Below are positions 23,339 to 34,001 of a stretch of 64,000 bases of DNA, piece by piece. Numbering within the stretch: the stretch's first letter is position 1; the number at the start of each line of letters is the position of its first letter. The notes under the pieces were generated by a model. The model ran no database searches. It had not been told where the DNA came from and saw only the letters and a list, made by a program, of their open reading frames with translations. Source of the DNA: Paramoeba atlantica (Eukaryota; Protista; Discosea); the NCBI GenBank assembly GCA_977017575.1, contig CDRNVI010000040.1, positions 806,001 to 870,000 on the forward strand, written 5' to 3'. The position numbers and the translations under genes were made by a program.

Positions 23339-23614
23339 AGAGATGTCGTAACAAAATAAGGAAGTCACAAAGAGTGGAATAACCAGTGAGGAAAACAAGA
23401 GAAACATAAAGTAGAATATGCGAAATGAGTGATGAAGCGATAACAGTGGAGTGGACGAAACCATTCGTGTGACATGTTTAGTAGTAGAACACATCCACAT
23501 GAATTCAAGATACAAAAACAAGACCGTATGTTCAATAATCAAATAAAATGGAGTAGATATCCTGTGCCACTAATGAACTCGTAGGATCCAAGATAAAGTA
23601 CCCTCGGATTCTAT

Positions 23615-24541
23615 TCACCAATTTACACTTGTGAGCATAATGTAGAGGAGAGGAAAACCCAGTCCTACAGCACCTAAACCGATTGCCCACATTGGGGTGG
23701 TTGCTCGTTGTCCCTTCGTAGAGCTTCTGGACATCGCTCGAACGTTTTCTGCTGGAGACGCAATCAAATAATCTTTGTCGAGACGCAAACAACGCAATTC
23801 AGGAGGAGCCTGAAGAAAGTTAACCTCTGCATCAAATTGATTCGAATAAAACGATGCACTTCGAAGCGAAGCCGGAAGAAGCGCGAGGTCCAGTTTTCCA
23901 TAAAACTTATTGCGTGAGACGTTTAGCGTTTCTAGCTGTCTGGGTAGATTTCGAAAGGACGGGTACCCATTGAAATAATTGGACGAAATATCAAGGTGTG
24001 TCAATCCGACAGGGAGAGACGTGAGATCAACAGCCAAACGAAATCTATTTCCCGAAATGGACAAAAACTCCAACGGCTGTGGGAGACGGGTAAAATCAAA
24101 CGATCCATGAAACTGATTTGCGTCGAGCTGCAAATGACGAAGCCCCTTGGGAAGCCACCATGCTGCAACTTCACCCGATAGAGCATTGTGGGATACGTCC
24201 AAAATGCCCAGAGAGTCTGGAAGAGCTCTCCAATTAGGATTTCCTTCTAATCTCTTGGAGGATGCTGGGTAAAGAGAAGACCATCGAAGCGCGTGTATTA
24301 TGCCATCCGACGTACATTCAACGCCTTTCCACTTTGAAATATTTTCGTCGCTATTCCAAGAAGGATGGCGAAATGAAACATCTTCAAGAAACTGAAAGAG
24401 TCGCTCTGAAGGAGAAAGAATAAGAGAGCTGTGAACTTTCCCAGGTCGTCGGCAACTTTCACTACACTTCAAACCAATCACGACGGCCATGTTCGATTTA
24501 GAGAATTTATTGAACACTCGACTTTTTTTAACCTTTAACAT
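23615..24541 (-). CDS. LRR protein with a C-terminal hydrophobic anchor (duplicate 1)
   Basis: SW...SKWKGVEC cap, about 7 LRRs, MWAIGLGAVGLGFPLLYIML tail. Confidence 0.85.
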   Translation of the reverse strand: MLKVKKSRVFNKFSKSNMAVVIGLKCSESCRRPGKVHSSLILSPSERLFQFLEDVSFRHPSWNSDENISKWKGVECTSDGIIHALRWSSLYPASSKRLEGNPNWRALPDSLGILDVSHNALSGEVAAWWLPKGLRHLQLDANQFHGSFDFTRLPQPLEFLSISGNRFRLAVDLTSLPVGLTHLDISSNYFNGYPSFRNLPRQLETLNVSRNKFYGKLDLALLPASLRSASFYSNQFDAEVNFLQAPPELRCLRLDKDYLIASPAENVRAMSRSSTKGQRATTPMWAIGLGAVGLGFPLLYIMLTSVNW

Positions 24542-24937
24542 ACTTTTACGCTTTCGAAAATCACTTTCACAGTTAGAACCTGTATCTAAAGATTTACCGC
24601 GTGTAGTAATAAATCCTAAAACGTATCAAAATACATCTAAAAACGCATAAAAGAAACTTTTGTTTTTAAAAAGTACGTGATATTACGGTTGTGTTTTTTT
24701 ACCGTTGCACAAAAAAAGCCGTGGGACGAGGGGGGGTATGTTAAGTGTCGCAGGCCAGAATAACATACCCCCCCGGTATATTATCCAAGGTATAGGTATG
24801 TTAAATGGGTATGTGGTTTAGTGTAATATAGTGTAATTTGAATAATCTGAATAATATAGAGTTATTGAATAATATACGGTTCAACTTATCCTTCTGCTCC
24901 AACTTATCCTTCTGCTTTTAACTTGTCTTTACCTACT

Positions 24938-25164
24938 TCAAAGCAGTAATAACTCTCGAAAATTCTGAGGAATCTCCCAGTTGAGACATTTTCGAGGTCG
25001 ATTATTCAGCTTTTGTGCCGTCTTGCTCACTTCAACTTGCGTCAAAGTTTCGAAGGTGTCAGACTTTGAATGGTATTGACGAACCAAACCGTTCATATTT
25101 TCGACGGCCCCCTTTTCCCACGAATGATAAGGCAGAAAGAAGTAAGACTTACAGTTTAATTTTC
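24938..25164 (-). mobile_element. C-terminal part of IS30-family transposase copy 3 (not in the ORF track)
   Basis: Manual translation: KLNCKSYFFLPYHSWEKGAVENMNGLVRQY...KLNNRPRKCLNWE. Confidence 0.9.
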
Positions 25165-25542
25165 TAAAGGGGGGGCTCGTCTATTGTTGCGATATCTTTT
25201 TTTGCCAACAATAGCCGATTGCCAACAATAGATGATACAATACCCCCCTTAACCAACAATAGATGGAACGGCAATAAAATCATCTATTGTTGGCCATCAA
25301 GGTAACTTACGCTACATTTATCACTTACACTACCGCCGCCCCCCCTCACATACACGAGGATACATATACGTATCTTCGAAAAATAAGAAATTTTCGAAAA
25401 TTTCGAAAAACGTGGAAATTCTGACCTTAGCAGACTCCAGGATTTTATCCGTCATACATGGCAATGGATCAAAAAAATCAAAATTAATTACAGTGAAGTA
25501 TTCAAATACGAGTGGATTATAATGCGGTTATTTTTAATTAAT

Positions 25543-26414
25543 TAGTCTCTTCGTTAAACGCGGTGGTTGTTTTCAACTTAGAAGTCACTCATGCTGCATG
25601 AAAACTACCGCCGCGTTTAACGAAGAGCCTAAAAAAGAAAATTTAGCCTGGAAAACGGAAAGATTATAGCCGAAAATAGCCGATTTTTGGGTAAAAATGT
25701 GGCCATTTTTGGGTATTTTTGCTCTCAAAGCACTAAATCCGACATTTGCGCGTGGGAAATCACTCGCAGGCATGAATGGAAGCCTACCGAACGTATTGGG
25801 TAGAGAATGCGACTCCAACCATACCATTCCTTCGACACAAAAATGCCCTTTAGGTCCGAAAAACACTTTTTCACCTTTTTTAGTCAAAAATGGGTCATTT
25901 TTAGGGGCGCACCACGGTTCGAAGAAGGGATACCTTGTGAAAACAACTGCGGAGAAAGCTAGTGTAGGTCCCAAACTATCAAAATACAATAGGGGAAACC
26001 ATTTTGGAAAAATATTTTTTTTGCCATTTTTTTCGCCAAGTTCAAATTTTTTTCAAAATGTTTTTTCCTAAAAAATTCGGACTTAGCGGACCCGTCCTGC
26101 GGATACGCAGGAGGGTCACCCCCGGGTAGGGGGTGGAAAATGCGCGCCAAGACCCCGGCTACCCTTTCTGCGGTTTTTTTTCGAAAACTTATTTTTTCGA
26201 AAAAATTTGCTCGACCATGACCCCCCCCCCCCTGGACCCCCCCCCTGGACCCCCCATTTTTTTCAATTTTTTTTTCAGTTTTGGACCACCGGAGCCCCCT
26301 TTTATATTTTTTTCTTCTATTATATTACTGTGTTCCCCTTTATATTTTTACTGTTTTTGTTCACTTTTTTTTCAATAATCGAGTGTAGAGCGGTAGTTTT
26401 ACAACCACCGCAAT
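25543..26414 (+). mobile_element. Family A full-length copy (palindrome loop partly deleted)
   Basis: Colinear with 9385-10252. Confidence 0.9.
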
Positions 26415-26429
26415 TACGGTTACTTTTAA

Positions 26430-26628
26430 TTAAGATTATTTTTAGCCCCGAAAAAAAAGACTTTTCTTTCATGTCTATCACCGTCGGGCTCACTTTCATA
26501 CGCAACACAAACCTTTATAAAATGATCACAGACGAATCCAATAGCTTAGGTTCTTAAAAGTTACTCAAAAAGTGTGTTCAAAAATTATTAATTTACGAGT
26601 GGATTATATTACGGTTAATTTAATTAAG
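26430..26628. repeat. ~200-bp dispersed repeat
   Basis: Second copy at 58277-58475. Confidence 0.75.
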
Positions 26629-27176
26629 ATTGCGGTGGTTGTAAAACTACCGCTCTACACTCGATTATTGAAAAAAAAGTGAACAAAAACAGTGAAAATA
26701 TAAAGGGGAACACAGTAATATAATAGAAGAAAAAAATACAAAAGGGGGCTCCGGTGGATCAAAACTGAAAAAAACGCGCAAATGTCGGATTTAGTGCTCT
26801 GAGAGCAAAAATATCCAAAAATCACCCCATTTTTACACGAAATTCGGCTATTTTTGGCTATAATCTTTCCGTTTTCCAGGCTAAATTTTCTTTTTTAGGC
26901 TCTTCGTTAAACGCGGCGGTAGTTTTCAACGCGAAGCTCGCAGCATGAGTGACTTCTAAGTTGAAAACAACCACCGCGTTTAACGAAGAGCCTAAAAAAT
27001 CAATTTTAGCCAAAAATAACCTTAAAAGCGTAATTAAATAATATTTTCTTTTTGGTCCACCGGAGCCCCCTTTTATGTTTTTTTCTTCTATTATATTACT
27101 GTGTTCCCCTTTATATTTTCACTGTTTTTGTTCACTTTTTTTTCAATAATCGAGTGTAGTTTTACAACCACCGCAA
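26629..27176. mobile_element. Family A internally deleted reverse copy (26629-27000) plus a forward small-end fragment (27050-27176)
   Basis: Both termini and the palindrome (26895-27000) are visible. Confidence 0.8.
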
Positions 27177-27183
27177 CCGTAAT

Positions 27184-28746
27184 TAAACCCAGATTGAAAG
27201 GAGCGAGGGAGATACGAAGCAACAGGCGTGGCAGATTCCCACTGAAAAGAAATGATATCTCCCCGCACGAGAAAAGACTTTGAGCTTGCTAGCTCGGAGA
27301 CAAACTTCGTGCAGGGATATACCATTTCTTTTCAGTGGGAATCTTCCACGCCTGTTGCTTCGTATCTCCCTCGCCCCTTTCAATCTGGGTTATCTCCCAG
27401 CTGGCCACCCTTCCACAACATGGCGATCTGTAACAATACTCTCTAAATGGAACACCAGTGCAGCCACTGGTGGCGCACGATCTCTCATGTGGGTGTTTCA
27501 TGTGCAGTCACCTGCACCCACGTTCCACTCTAGCTACACACTGCATCAATACAGTCACCGCCTCACGTGGCAGTACACTTACTCTCGCACTTGCCACTGT
27601 AGCTACATTGCATTTCTGCAGTCACTTCCTCACGTGGCAGTGCACTTACTCTCGCACTGCAGTCACTGAATCTCTCACGCGCCACTGCATCTGCACTGCG
27701 TTCACTGCCTCACGTGGCAGTACACTTACTCTCTCACGTGCCACTGCATCTACACTGAGTTCACTGCCTCACGTGGCAATACACTTACTCTCTCACGTGC
27801 CACTGCAGCTACACTGCATCACTGCCTCACGTGGCAGTACGCTTACTCTTTCACGCACCACTGTACTTACAGTGGTAGTGCACTTACTCTTGCACGTGCC
27901 ACCGTGCACACGTATGCACGTGGCACTTACTCTTTCACGTACCACTGTACCACTCTTTCACGTGGCACTTACTCTTTCACGTACCACTGTACCACTCTTT
28001 CACGTGGCACTTACTCTTTCACGTACCACTGTACTTACAGTGGCAGTGCACTTACTCTCGTACGTGCCACCGCAGCTGCACTGCATCACTGTGCAACCAC
28101 TGCCTCACGTGGCAGTGCACTTACTCTCTCACGTGCCACTGTAGTTGAACTGCATCACTGTGCAACCACTGCCTCACGTGGCAGCACACTTACTCTTTCA
28201 CGGGCACTGTAGATGCACACTACCACTCGGACCTTCTCATTATTTTGCTCTCTATACATATACGAAATGCAAACCGTGTTTTTGGTGGCCAGCTGGCCAC
28301 TTTTTCGAGAAAAAAAAATCCGAAAGAAAAATTGTTCCGAATTTGTTTTTTTTGGCGATCCTTGAGCAAATAATTTTTTTTTTCGATTTCTTTTAGTAAA
28401 TTCGAATTTTTTTAGTAAAATGTCGATGTCGGGAATCGAACCGCGGACGTTCAGCGTCAAAAAGGAACCCCTTTACCAACTGGACTACTCAATGGACGCT
28501 CCGTAGTCAACCCGTTTGTCGTATCGCAGACCTTTGCACACGCACTTTTGTTTACGAAAAATGTTCTAAAATTTGGGAAATAAGGTTGTTTTAGATGAGT
28601 TTTAGAGTATTTAAGAGTTCATCTAATGACCTACTGCTACGTTTTGGAATTTTGAAAAAACTCGATCTTGTGCTTCTTTGACGATCTTTTTCAGTTTTTG
28701 GAATTAACCTTAGTAAGCGAGTTAGATACTCCGTATCTCCCTCAAT
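27184..28746. mobile_element. Repeat family C copy 2
   Basis: Palindrome 27184-27392, shorter CACGTG array, tRNA-like cassette, same CTCAAT end. Confidence 0.85.
28422..28495 (-). ncRNA. tRNA-like Pol III cassette, copy 2
   Basis: Same box A, box B and TTTT as 14982-15055. Confidence 0.5.
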
Positions 28747-28846
28747 ATAACACTGTAAATGTCAACAATAACCGATTGCCAACAATAGATGATTTTATTA
28801 GTTTGCCAACAATAGATGATTGCCAACAATAGACGTACCCCCCCTT

Positions 28847-29570
28847 TATTTACCTTTTCATGATTCCAAAATTCGTTTCCATTGTCGTATGTAATAGTGT
28901 GAACTTTGAATTTTTTCAATCCTTTCAAAATTTCCCTTTCAACTTCTTTTGACTGCTTCGTTTTAAGGGCACGAAGAACAGCAAACCTACTCTTGCGCTC
29001 ACACAAAGTCAAAATATATCCACTCTTTTGACTTCCTTCCACAAGATCAGCCTCCCAGTCACCATACCGGCGCCTTTTGTTGACGATTTCAGGGCGCATA
29101 CTGATAGGCACGCGGTTTGGAATCGTGCTCCGGCCATGCGCTCGACGCTTGTAGGGGCGCTTTCCTCTAATGCGTAGAGCCTTGTGTACGCTACCGCTTG
29201 CATCCTTATCCCGTCGGACGAAACGATAAATTGTGGAAGTAGACGGGGAGCCCTGTGAACCAACGATTGATGTATGAGCAACTTGCTCTGGGCTATGAAT
29301 TTTTTTGAACCGAGCTTTAACTTTTGATTCGACGGCTCCACGAATAATCTGAGGCCTCGTCCCTTTCTTACTCAGGCGATTTCGTGCGACACGATTCGCA
29401 CGGCCAGCCAAGTAATACTTGCCCCTTTTCTTGTTTCGTACCAACTCTCGGCAAACAGTGCTGTGAGATTTTTTTATAGAACGGGCAATTTCTCTGCGTG
29501 TCGATCCGCTCTCATGCATCGTCTGAATGTCTTGCCGCTCCTGAAGAGTTAATCTTCGATATTTAGGCAT
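28847..29570 (-). mobile_element. N-terminal part of IS30-family transposase copy 3
   Basis: MPKYRRLTLQERQDIQ, STVCRELVRN, GDWEADLVEG, ERKSRF, ITYDNGNEF. Confidence 0.92.
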
Positions 29571-29649
29571 ATAAAGTGCGAGTTTCGATTAGAAAGAAAA
29601 GCTACTAATTATGATAAAATACATGTATGTAAAATACATGTATGTACCT

Positions 29650-29730
29650 CTTGGTGCACTGAGTATGACAATCCTATAAATTGTGGTGCACTGAGTATGA
29701 CAATTTGGTGCACTGACATTGACAATCCAC
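29650..29730. repeat. GGTGCACTGAGTATGACAAT x3 upstream of IS30 copy 3
   Basis: Directly visible. Confidence 0.7.
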
Positions 29731-30259
29731 CATACCGTTCCCCGGGTTACATTTGAGAGTCTGATTACTACATTTTCACCCTTAAAAATTTCAAAAAAAA
29801 ATTACGCCCTTTTAAGCGAAAAAGTCTTCCCCCCTCTGAGAAATTCAGCTTTTTTGATGTGTTTTTGCTCATTTTTGTTGCAAACGAGAGATCACGCTTC
29901 CCTCACGAAGATGATTGTTGCCCTTTTTTCATAGGGAGACCCCTCGTGCCCCCTGATCGCAGAACTGCGCATTCCTGGAAAACAGAAGTGGAACGTCAAG
30001 TTTTTACTATATTCTTTGTTCCAAGGTTTTGGTCGACTAAAAATGGCGGGAACGTACAGATCTCAAAAATCTGAACGAAAATATGGTATCATAACCCTAT
30101 CATGCCCCCTCGTGCAAAAGATAAGGGGGGGTGCCTTATTGGTGGCCAGGGGTTTATATCCGCCCCCCTTTATTCAATAATCGAAAAAAAAGGAGTAGAT
30201 GATATCCTGTGCCACTAATGAACTCGTAGGATCCAAGATAAAGTACCCTCGGATTCTAT

Positions 30260-31312
30260 TCACCAATTTACATTTGTGAGCATAATGTAGAGGAGAGGAA
30301 AACCCAGTCCTACAGCACCTAAACCGATTGCCCACATTGGGGTGGTTGCTCGTTGTCCCTTCGTAGAGCTTCTGGACATCGCTCGAACGTTTTCTGCTGG
30401 AGACGCAATCAAATAATCTTTGTCGAGACGCAAACAACGCAATTCAGGAGGAGCCTGAAGAAAGTTAACCTCTGCATCAAATTGATTCGAATAAAACGAT
30501 GCACTTCGAAGCGAAGCCGGAAGAAACGCGAGGTTCAGTTTTCCATAAAACTTATTGCGTGAGACGTTTAGCGTTTCTAGCTGTCTGGGTAGATTTCGAA
30601 AGGACGGGTACCCATTGAAATAATTGGACGAAATATCAAGGTGTGTCAATCCGACAGGGAGAGACGTGAGATCAACAGCCAAACCAAACCTATTTCCCGA
30701 AATGGACAAAAACTCTAACGGCTGTGGGAGACGGGTAAAATCAAACGGTCCATGAAACTGATTTGCGTCGAGCTGCAAGTGACGAAGCCCCTTGGGAAGC
30801 CACCATGCTGCAACTTCACCCGATAGAGCATTGTGGGATACGTCCAAAATGCCCAGAGAGTCTGGAAGAGCTCTCCAATTAGGTTTTCCTCCTAGCCTCT
30901 TGGGGGACTTATGTGGTCTAAGAGATGCTGGGTAAAGAGAAGACCATCGAAGCGCATGAACTATGCCACCCGACGTACATTCAACGCCTTTCCACTTTGA
31001 CACATTTTCGTCGCTATTCCAAGAAGGATGGCGAAATGAAACATCTTCAAGAAACTGAAAGAGTCGCTCTGAAGGAGAAAGAATAAGAGAGCTGTGAACT
31101 TTCCCAGGTCGACGGCAACTTTCACTACACTTCAAACCAATCACGACGGTCATGTTCGATTTAGAGAATTTATTGAACACTCGACGTTTTTTAACCTTTA
31201 ACATACTTTTAAGCTTCGAAACATATAAAACTGGAAGTTCACGCCAATATTTTTTTTTGTATGAAATACGTGACACCAAGTAACGTAATGAAACCAATTT
31301 AAACTCGCTCAA
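30260..31312 (-). CDS. LRR protein with a C-terminal hydrophobic anchor (duplicate 2)
   Basis: Near-identical to 23615-24541, with an 18-bp in-frame indel. Confidence 0.85.
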   Translation of the reverse strand: MSEFKLVSLRYLVSRISYKKKYWRELPVLYVSKLKSMLKVKKRRVFNKFSKSNMTVVIGLKCSESCRRPGKVHSSLILSPSERLFQFLEDVSFRHPSWNSDENVSKWKGVECTSGGIVHALRWSSLYPASLRPHKSPKRLGGKPNWRALPDSLGILDVSHNALSGEVAAWWLPKGLRHLQLDANQFHGPFDFTRLPQPLEFLSISGNRFGLAVDLTSLPVGLTHLDISSNYFNGYPSFRNLPRQLETLNVSRNKFYGKLNLAFLPASLRSASFYSNQFDAEVNFLQAPPELRCLRLDKDYLIASPAENVRAMSRSSTKGQRATTPMWAIGLGAVGLGFPLLYIMLTNVNW

Positions 31313-31385
31313 ATCTCCTTTTCCATGATCTCACCATGTATAATGATTGTACAGGGGGCTATTATTAACCCCCTTCCTTTTCTTT

Positions 31386-32960
31386 TCACACCTCCTTCCC
31401 CCCCTTTCCCCCTCTCCCCTGGTTTCCCCCACTACGGGTGTGGGAGATCCAGTCCATCCCGGTGCCTACGACCACCGGGACCAGCGCGGCCCACTGCGCG
31501 GGTCGCAGCACGTGGCCGTTCACCCATATGGATAACACCACACTCAGCACCTTGCGGCTCACCGCGGCCCCGGTGAGGGTGAGAGAGCCGAAGTGGTGCT
31601 GGACGTAAAACACGACCAGTTGGCCGAGTGCCCCGCAGAGGGCGTAGATCCCAACGTCCCGCCGTAGCGAGGCGCTTTGCTGGAGTAGAGGGAGTGCTGA
31701 GGAGAGTTGAGGGGGAAACAACGAATTCGTGTTACTATTGGGGGCAAACAAAGAATTCGTGTTGTTATTTGGACCCAACAACAAACTCGTGTTGTTATTG
31801 GGGGCAAACAACAAACTCGTGTTACTATTGGGGGCAAACAACGAATTCATGTTGTTATTGGGGGCAAACAACAAACTCGTGTTGTTATTGGGGGCAAACA
31901 ACAAACTCGTAGGGTTGTTATTTATCCCCCCTAACCCCCACGGGGTTCCGAAACGCCCATCGTAGTAGGGAGCGATTTCGGAGGCGACCAGCACGAGGGT
32001 GTGGAACAGGAGACCGCAGAGGTTGGTCCACGCCATGAGTTGCAGCGGACGGTAGTGGTAGCGTCGGACTTGGTCGTCCTGGGTGGCGTTCGTGTAGGCA
32101 TCGGAGAGGAGGTTGAGAAAGATTAGGGCCAGGCCGTAGAGCAGGGAGGGATCCAGGGAGGCGAAGAATTGCTGGCAAAGAAAAAAGAGACAGCGTGAGG
32201 GGTTAGGTTTTGTGTGGGTTTCGTGCGGAGGTGAGGGGGTAGAGGCCTCAGGGAGATCCGCGGTTGTGTTAGCAACAGGACGCGCTGTCTTGTTTAAAAA
32301 TGTGCTATGATTCTGTGATGAAACGTTTTGTTGAGAACGGGAGCTGTGAAACGCGGTCAATGAGCTATTTCTTTCGAGATCTGTGACATGGGGTGGCTTG
32401 TTTTCTGTATTCTGTTTCACATGGGAACGCTCACCGTAACTGAATCCTAAAACCCCCAGTGTGATTAAAAACACGGATAAGACTTTTCGTCGAGGGTAGC
32501 GTTGCCCATGCAGGGTATACCCCATAAGCATGACAGGCACCATCTTACATGTCTTGGCTACTAAAATCGTGGGAAAACTCAAATATTTTGTTGCGGCAAG
32601 CCCAAGAGGGGCCCCTAAGGTATACGTGATTCCTATTCCCATGTGTCGCGCTATGGCATGAGGAGAGATATCCCCGAGAAAAGAGGTATTCGACTTACGT
32701 GGAGAAGTTCCAGACCTGGGGTTATTTTTCCGCTTTACCCATAGCAAAAGCAAAGAAGTCAATGCGCAACATGCGCACTGAATTGCGTTGAGCAGGAAAA
32801 ATGACCTAAAGTAAAGGGGGGAGGCTCCGAGAGAAGGGTTGTCAAGAATGACAGGCGAGGTAGAGATTCTCTCTTGCAACACACTCCAGTATAGAAACGC
32901 AAAGTTAAGTCCTAGGAGGCTAAGAACAACTCGCAGCAAGGCTGCGTAGGAAAATTTCAT
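31386..32960 (-). CDS. UAA-family nucleotide-sugar transporter (SLC35B1/HUT1-like)
   Basis: AKTCKMVPVMLMG, RYP..KVLSVFLITLG, SDAYTNATQD, GALGQ, FGSLT, SRKVLSVVLS. Confidence 0.88.
   Translation of the reverse strand: MKFSYAALLRVVLSLLGLNFAFLYWSVLQERISTSPVILDNPSLGASPLYFRSFFLLNAIQCACCALTSLLLLWVKRKNNPRSGTSPRKSNTSFLGDISPHAIARHMGIGITYTLGAPLGLAATKYLSFPTILVAKTCKMVPVMLMGYTLHGQRYPRRKVLSVFLITLGVLGFSYGERSHVKQNTENKPPHVTDLERNSSLTAFHSSRSQQNVSSQNHSTFLNKTARPVANTTADLPEASTPSPPHETHTKPNPSRCLFFLCQQFFASLDPSLLYGLALIFLNLLSDAYTNATQDDQVRRYHYRPLQLMAWTNLCGLLFHTLVLVASEIAPYYDGRFGTPWGLGGINNNPTSLLFAPNNNTSLLFAPNNNMNSLFAPNSNTSLLFAPNNNTSLLLGPNNNTNSLFAPNSNTNSLFPPQLSSALPLLQQSASLRRDVGIYALCGALGQLVVFYVQHHFGSLTLTGAAVSRKVLSVVLSIWVNGHVLRPAQWAALVPVVVGTGMDWISHTRSGGNQGRGGKGGKEV
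31705..31925 (-). repeat. In-frame 30-bp minisatellite (NNNTSLLFAP, about 7 units) in the transporter
   Basis: Visible in both DNA and protein. Confidence 0.9.
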
Positions 32961-33299
32961 GCGTGCGTATTTTTTCTTGAGTTTAAAAAACTTCGCAAGT
33001 TTTTGAAATTTATTATGTTACTTTTTTGTTGTAAAGTATCCAAACCTAGTAAGCTAGAAAAGTAGAAAATACAAGAAAACGGAAAATTCACCATGAAATA
33101 AGAAAAAGATAGGGATTGGAAAAGAAGCATATACATGTACACATTACACTCTACAGTAACTGTCTTCATTTGACCTACGATCACTATCTCAAAGCCATAC
33201 AAAGCGAAAGAAAGCTCATTACCGATATGCCTATGTACATGTAATTAATAAATTTGCGCCATAATTAAAATCTGTATCCTTGATGGATCCTCAGATCAC

Positions 33300-34001
33300 C
33301 TAACTGGTATACTTAGATAAAAGTTCTATGCGAGTGCTTCGTATCTCTATGCTTAATTTTTTGGGAATCACACTCCAGGGTAGACATGCAGCGAGTGCGT
33401 TGTTGTAACTCAAGGACAAGTGCCGCAGTGATTTGGGGAGATGCTCAAGATCTACGTTGCCTTCAAACACGTTTCGGGAAAGATCCAAATGTTTTAACCC
33501 CGGAGGGAGATGTGTTAGGTCGGGTGTCCCAGAAAAGCGATTTCCTGCAATGTTCATATGTTCAAGTGAATTCGGCAAATTTGTGAAGTCGGCAACTCCA
33601 TAAAAAGGTAAATCGCTTGAGTACCATTTGCTGAGACAGAGGATCTGTAACGTGGTTGGAAGACGCAAAAAATCAAACGGTCCGTGCGCATCCAAATGAC
33701 TCCAATCTATGTTGATGACATTTCCTTCGCTGTTACACTTGATTCCTTTCCATTTACATACTGGGATTTCTGACTTCCAGGAGACTTCCATGTCCTGAAT
33801 TTCCGAGATGAGTTGACCAAGCAAAATTTCTTGTGAAAAAGTGGCATGGTGAACACGACCAGAGCGCACTTTCTTTCCACTCGTATCACTACTTCGTAAT
33901 ATGCGGGTAATGCAAATCGTAGACATACAGTGCAAGTATGACAAATTCGAAACTAAAGAAAACAGTCCTAGAAAACAAAAACCAAATTCAGTGCAGGTCA
34001 T
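33300..34001 (-). CDS. LRR family protein
   Basis: KVRSG, SWKSEIPVCKWKGIKC cap, LPxxL repeats. Confidence 0.8.
   Translation of the reverse strand: MTCTEFGFCFLGLFSLVSNLSYLHCMSTICITRILRSSDTSGKKVRSGRVHHATFSQEILLGQLISEIQDMEVSWKSEIPVCKWKGIKCNSEGNVINIDWSHLDAHGPFDFLRLPTTLQILCLSKWYSSDLPFYGVADFTNLPNSLEHMNIAGNRFSGTPDLTHLPPGLKHLDLSRNVFEGNVDLEHLPKSLRHLSLSYNNALAACLPWSVIPKKLSIEIRSTRIELLSKYTS

Larger units (their letters stand above)
25167..28846. mobile_element. TA-flanked TIR element (3680 bp) with nested family A and C copies, inserted in IS30 copy 3
   Basis: TIR AAGGGGGGG(CT/TA)CGTCTATTGTTG; TA at 25165-66 and 28847-48; subterminal GCCAACAATAGA repeats at both ends. Confidence 0.85.

Noticed and set aside
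23532-23792. 86-aa ORF conserved at 30174-30437
   Set aside because: Conservation is explained by the recent duplication
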